From assembly GCA_002269645.1 (NCBI GenBank), contig NIVC01000288.1:124001-188000 (forward strand): a DNA stretch of 64,000 nucleotides, written 5' to 3'. This DNA comes from Macrostomum lignano (taxonomy: Eukaryota). The position numbers and the translations under genes are program-made. The notes under the pieces are model-generated. The model saw only the letters and a list, made by a program, of their open reading frames with translations. It was not told where the DNA came from and did no database searches. Every line of letters starts with the position of its first letter. Position 1 is the stretch's first letter. Shown in pieces: positions 61,101-64,000 of the stretch.

Positions 61101-63362
61101 AGAGTGACACTAAAAGGGGACATGGGGCCAGAGTGACACTAAAAAGGGGACATGGGGTCAGAGTGACACTAAAAAGGGGACATGGGGTCAGAGTGACACT
61201 AAAAAGGGGACATGGGGTCAGAGTGACACTAAAAAGGGGACATGGGTCAGAGTGACACTAAAAAGGGGACATGGGTCAGAGTGACACTAAAAAGGGGACA
61301 TGGGGTCAGAGTGACACTAAAAAGGGGACATGGGGTCAGAGTGACACTAAAAAGGGGACATGGGGTCAGAGTGACACTAAAAAGGGGACATGGGGTCAGA
61401 GTGACACTAAAAAGGGGACATGGGGTCAGAGTGACACTAAAAGGGGACATGGGGTCAGAGTGACACTAAAAAGGGGACATGGGGTCAGAGTGACACTAAA
61501 AAGGGGACATGGGGTCAGAGTGACACTAAAAAGGGGACATGGGGTCAGAGTGACACTAAAAGGGGACATGGGGTCAGAGTGACACTGAAAGGGGACAGAG
61601 GGGGTCAGAATGACACTAAAATGAGACAGGGGTCAAGAGTGATACCAAGAAAGGATATGATGTCAGAATAGGATGGCCTCAAAATGCAAACAGTGCTCAG
61701 AAAGTAATAAAAATCTTTTTTTATACATTTCTATCAGTCTTAAAAGCATTGTCAGTCGGTTTAAGTAACTATATAGTAGAAGTTTCGTCTTAATTTTATA
61801 TCGATAAAAACTGGCAGAGACGCAAGAGCTTCCTGGAAGCAGTGCAGCCATTTAACAAGCCTGCAAAGGATTGGATTAAAATCCTATTCCACTTCTACTG
61901 TGTAGACTGCAAGAGCTGTTCGGGGTGATTGAAAACCAACGAAAGGATTAGATTATAATCCAGATAAAGACTCGATTCTCGATTAGAAAATCGAAAAGCT
62001 CTGATTCAAAGGGCTGGCTGAAACACAGAGCTGCTGGATTATTGGATTCTGCACAAATTCGAGCATAGCACAGGGCTGCTGTACACCCCGTAGGGCTGCT
62101 GTACACCCTGTAGGGCTGCTGTACACCCTATAGGGCTGCTGTACACCCTATAGGGCTGCTGTACACCATATAGGGCTGCTGTACACCCTGTAGGGCTGCT
62201 GTACACCCCTGTAGGGCTGCTGTACACCCCTGTAGGGCTGCTGTACACCCTGTCAGGCTGCTGTACACCCCTGTAGGGCTGCTGTACACCCTGTCAGGCT
62301 GCTGTACACCCCGTAGGGCTGCTGTACACACCTGTAGGGCTGTTGTACAACCTGTCAGGCTGCTGTACACCCTGTAGGGCTGCTGTACACCCCTGTAGGG
62401 CTGCTATACACCCTGTCAGGCTGCTGTACACCCCGTAGGGCTGCTGTACACACCTGTAGGGCTGTTGTACAACCTGTCAGGCTGCTGTACAACCTGTAGG
62501 GCTGCTGTACACCCTGTAGGGCTGCTGTACACCCTGTAAGGCTGCTGTACACCCCGTAGGGCTGCTGTACACACCTGTAGGGCTGTTGTAAAACCTGTCA
62601 GGCTGCTGTACAACCTGTAGGGCTGCTGTACACCCTGTCAGGCTGCTGCACATTCTGTAGGGCTGCTGTACAACCTGTAGGGCTGCTGTACAACCTGTAG
62701 GGCTGCTGTACACCCCTGTAGACAACACTTTAAGGCTACGGACAAATAAACAAATAGAGCAAGCTCACCTTAAGATCCCGATGCAGCACCCAGTTGGAGT
62801 GCAAATAGTGAATACCGTTGAGTATCTGATGCATCAAACTCTTTACCATATTTCGCGGCACAAAAACTTTTGTTTTGCTAGCCTTAGCGGATCGGTGATG
62901 CTTGATGATGTGCCAGAGGTCGTGCTCGGCGTAGTCAAACAGCAGCCACACCTTGCGAGTGTCGTGCGACAGAAACACACGCTGCAAAGCGATCACATTA
63001 GGGTGGCAGAGTTCGCGCAGCAGGGCAATTTCTCTGCAAGCTGACATGGACAAGCCGGAGCCTTCAATCTGCTTCAACGCGTACTCTTTCTGATCGTTTC
63101 CCGACTTCTTCTTTGACTTGAACACGTGACCGTAGGTGCCCCGGCCAACTTTGCAGCCTTCAAATTCGAATACGTCTTCAACTTTTTCGCGTTGTCGGCC
63201 AATTTCGCGACAGAAGTCGGCGTCAATCCAGGTACGACCGCGGCTGGAGCTGGACACGCCAGACGGACCCGCTACTGAGGCGGCCGCCGCGGCGGCTGCT
63301 GCTGCGGCCTGAGCAGCTCGCGGAGACGGGCGGATGCCGGGGGAATGCATGGCGCCATGCAT
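58168..63362 (-). CDS. CDK8: Cyclin-dependent kinase 8, Mediator kinase (exons 62769-63362, 60139-60521, 59147-59426, 58168-~58446)
   Basis: [122 protein letters not shown]. Intron phases 0/2/0 are consistent. The true 5' end may be further upstream. Confidence 0.95.
58465..58814 (-). repeat. 31-bp minisatellite identical to the P450 intron-2 unit, in CDK8 intron 3
   Basis: AGATCCTTCAGTGCCTGCTGCCCCTCCCCTC is the exact reverse complement; about 11 units. Confidence 0.95.
58862..59146. repeat. 23-bp minisatellite (CAGCAATTCCCCAGCAACCAAAA)n abutting the CDK8 exon-3 donor
   Basis: Direct reading. Confidence 0.93.
59600..60092. repeat. Degenerate ~21-bp minisatellite (GAATTACGAATCAATTGAGGG)n, CDK8 intron 2
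   Basis: Direct reading. Confidence 0.85.
60600..61635. repeat. 29-30-bp minisatellite (GGGGTCAGAGTGACACTAAAAAGGGGACAT)n, CDK8 intron 1
   Basis: Direct reading. Confidence 0.94.
62090..62722. repeat. 20-21-bp minisatellite (AGGGCTGCTGTACACCCTGT)n, CDK8 intron 1
   Basis: Direct reading. Confidence 0.94.
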
Positions 63363-63439
63363 TCGAGAGGGGGGTGGGCGGTGTAAGGGGTGATTGCAGC
63401 TGAGATAGTCCTGCTTGTAGCTGACGTACTGTTAGGCAC

Positions 63440-64000
63440 AGGGCTGAGAGGGAGACAGGGCTGAGAGGGAGACAGGGGTGAAAGGGAGACGGGGGTTAGA
63501 GGGAGACAGGGGTGAGAGGGGGAAAGGGGTGAAAGGGAGACGGGGGTTAGAGGAAGACAGGGGTGATAAGGACACAGGGGTGATAGGGACACAGGGTGAG
63601 AGGGAGACGGGGGTTAGAGGGAGACAGGGGTGAGAGGGACACAGGGGTGAGAGGGACACAGGGGTGAGAGGGAGACGGGGGTTAGAGGGAGACAGGGGTA
63701 AGAGGAAGACAGGGGTAAAAGGAAGACAGGGGTGAGAGGGACACAGGGGTGAGAGGGAGACGGGGGTGAGAGGGAGACAGGGGTGAGAGGGAGACGGGGG
63801 TTAGAGGGAGACAGGGGTGAGAGGGGGAAAGGGGTGAAAGGGAGACGGGGGTTAGAGGAAGACAGGGGTGATAAGGACACAGGGGTGATAGGGACACAGG
63901 GTGAGAGGGAGACGGGGGTTAGAGGGAGACAGGGGTGAGAGGGACACAGGGGTGAGAGGGACACAGGGGTGAGAGGGAGACGGGGGTTAGAGGGAGACAG
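63440..64000. repeat. G-rich ~17-bp minisatellite (GAGGGAGACAGGGGTGA)n, runs off the right edge
   Basis: Direct reading. Confidence 0.92.

Overview
Animal genomic DNA with spliceosomal introns. The host is probably a lophotrochozoan invertebrate; the extreme density of intronic minisatellites suggests a free-living flatworm such as Macrostomum, but this is inference only. Six intron-containing genes can be assembled by hand: ERK/MAPK1 (5' three exons, minus, runs off the left edge), mitochondrial phosphate carrier SLC25A3 (+), a clan-2 cytochrome P450 (+, with a GC-AG intron), an innexin (+), a myosuppressin-receptor-like rhodopsin GPCR (+) and CDK8 (minus, with an N-terminal extension). About 30 distinct micro/minisatellite arrays fill most introns and intergenic gaps, including a 6.5-kb satellite with higher-order structure. 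There are four copies of a tRNA-derived CORE-like SINE and a 2.36-kb tandem duplication. The best leads are: inverted minisatellite arms bracketing the P450 terminal exon; a SINE 3' pseudoknot with a compensatory base change; a Penelope-type minimal hammerhead motif among telomere-like G-rich arrays; the same 31-mer array in sense orientation in introns of two genes 46 kb apart; and splice acceptors directly ahead of start codons. Most long ORFs in the track are translations of repeats.
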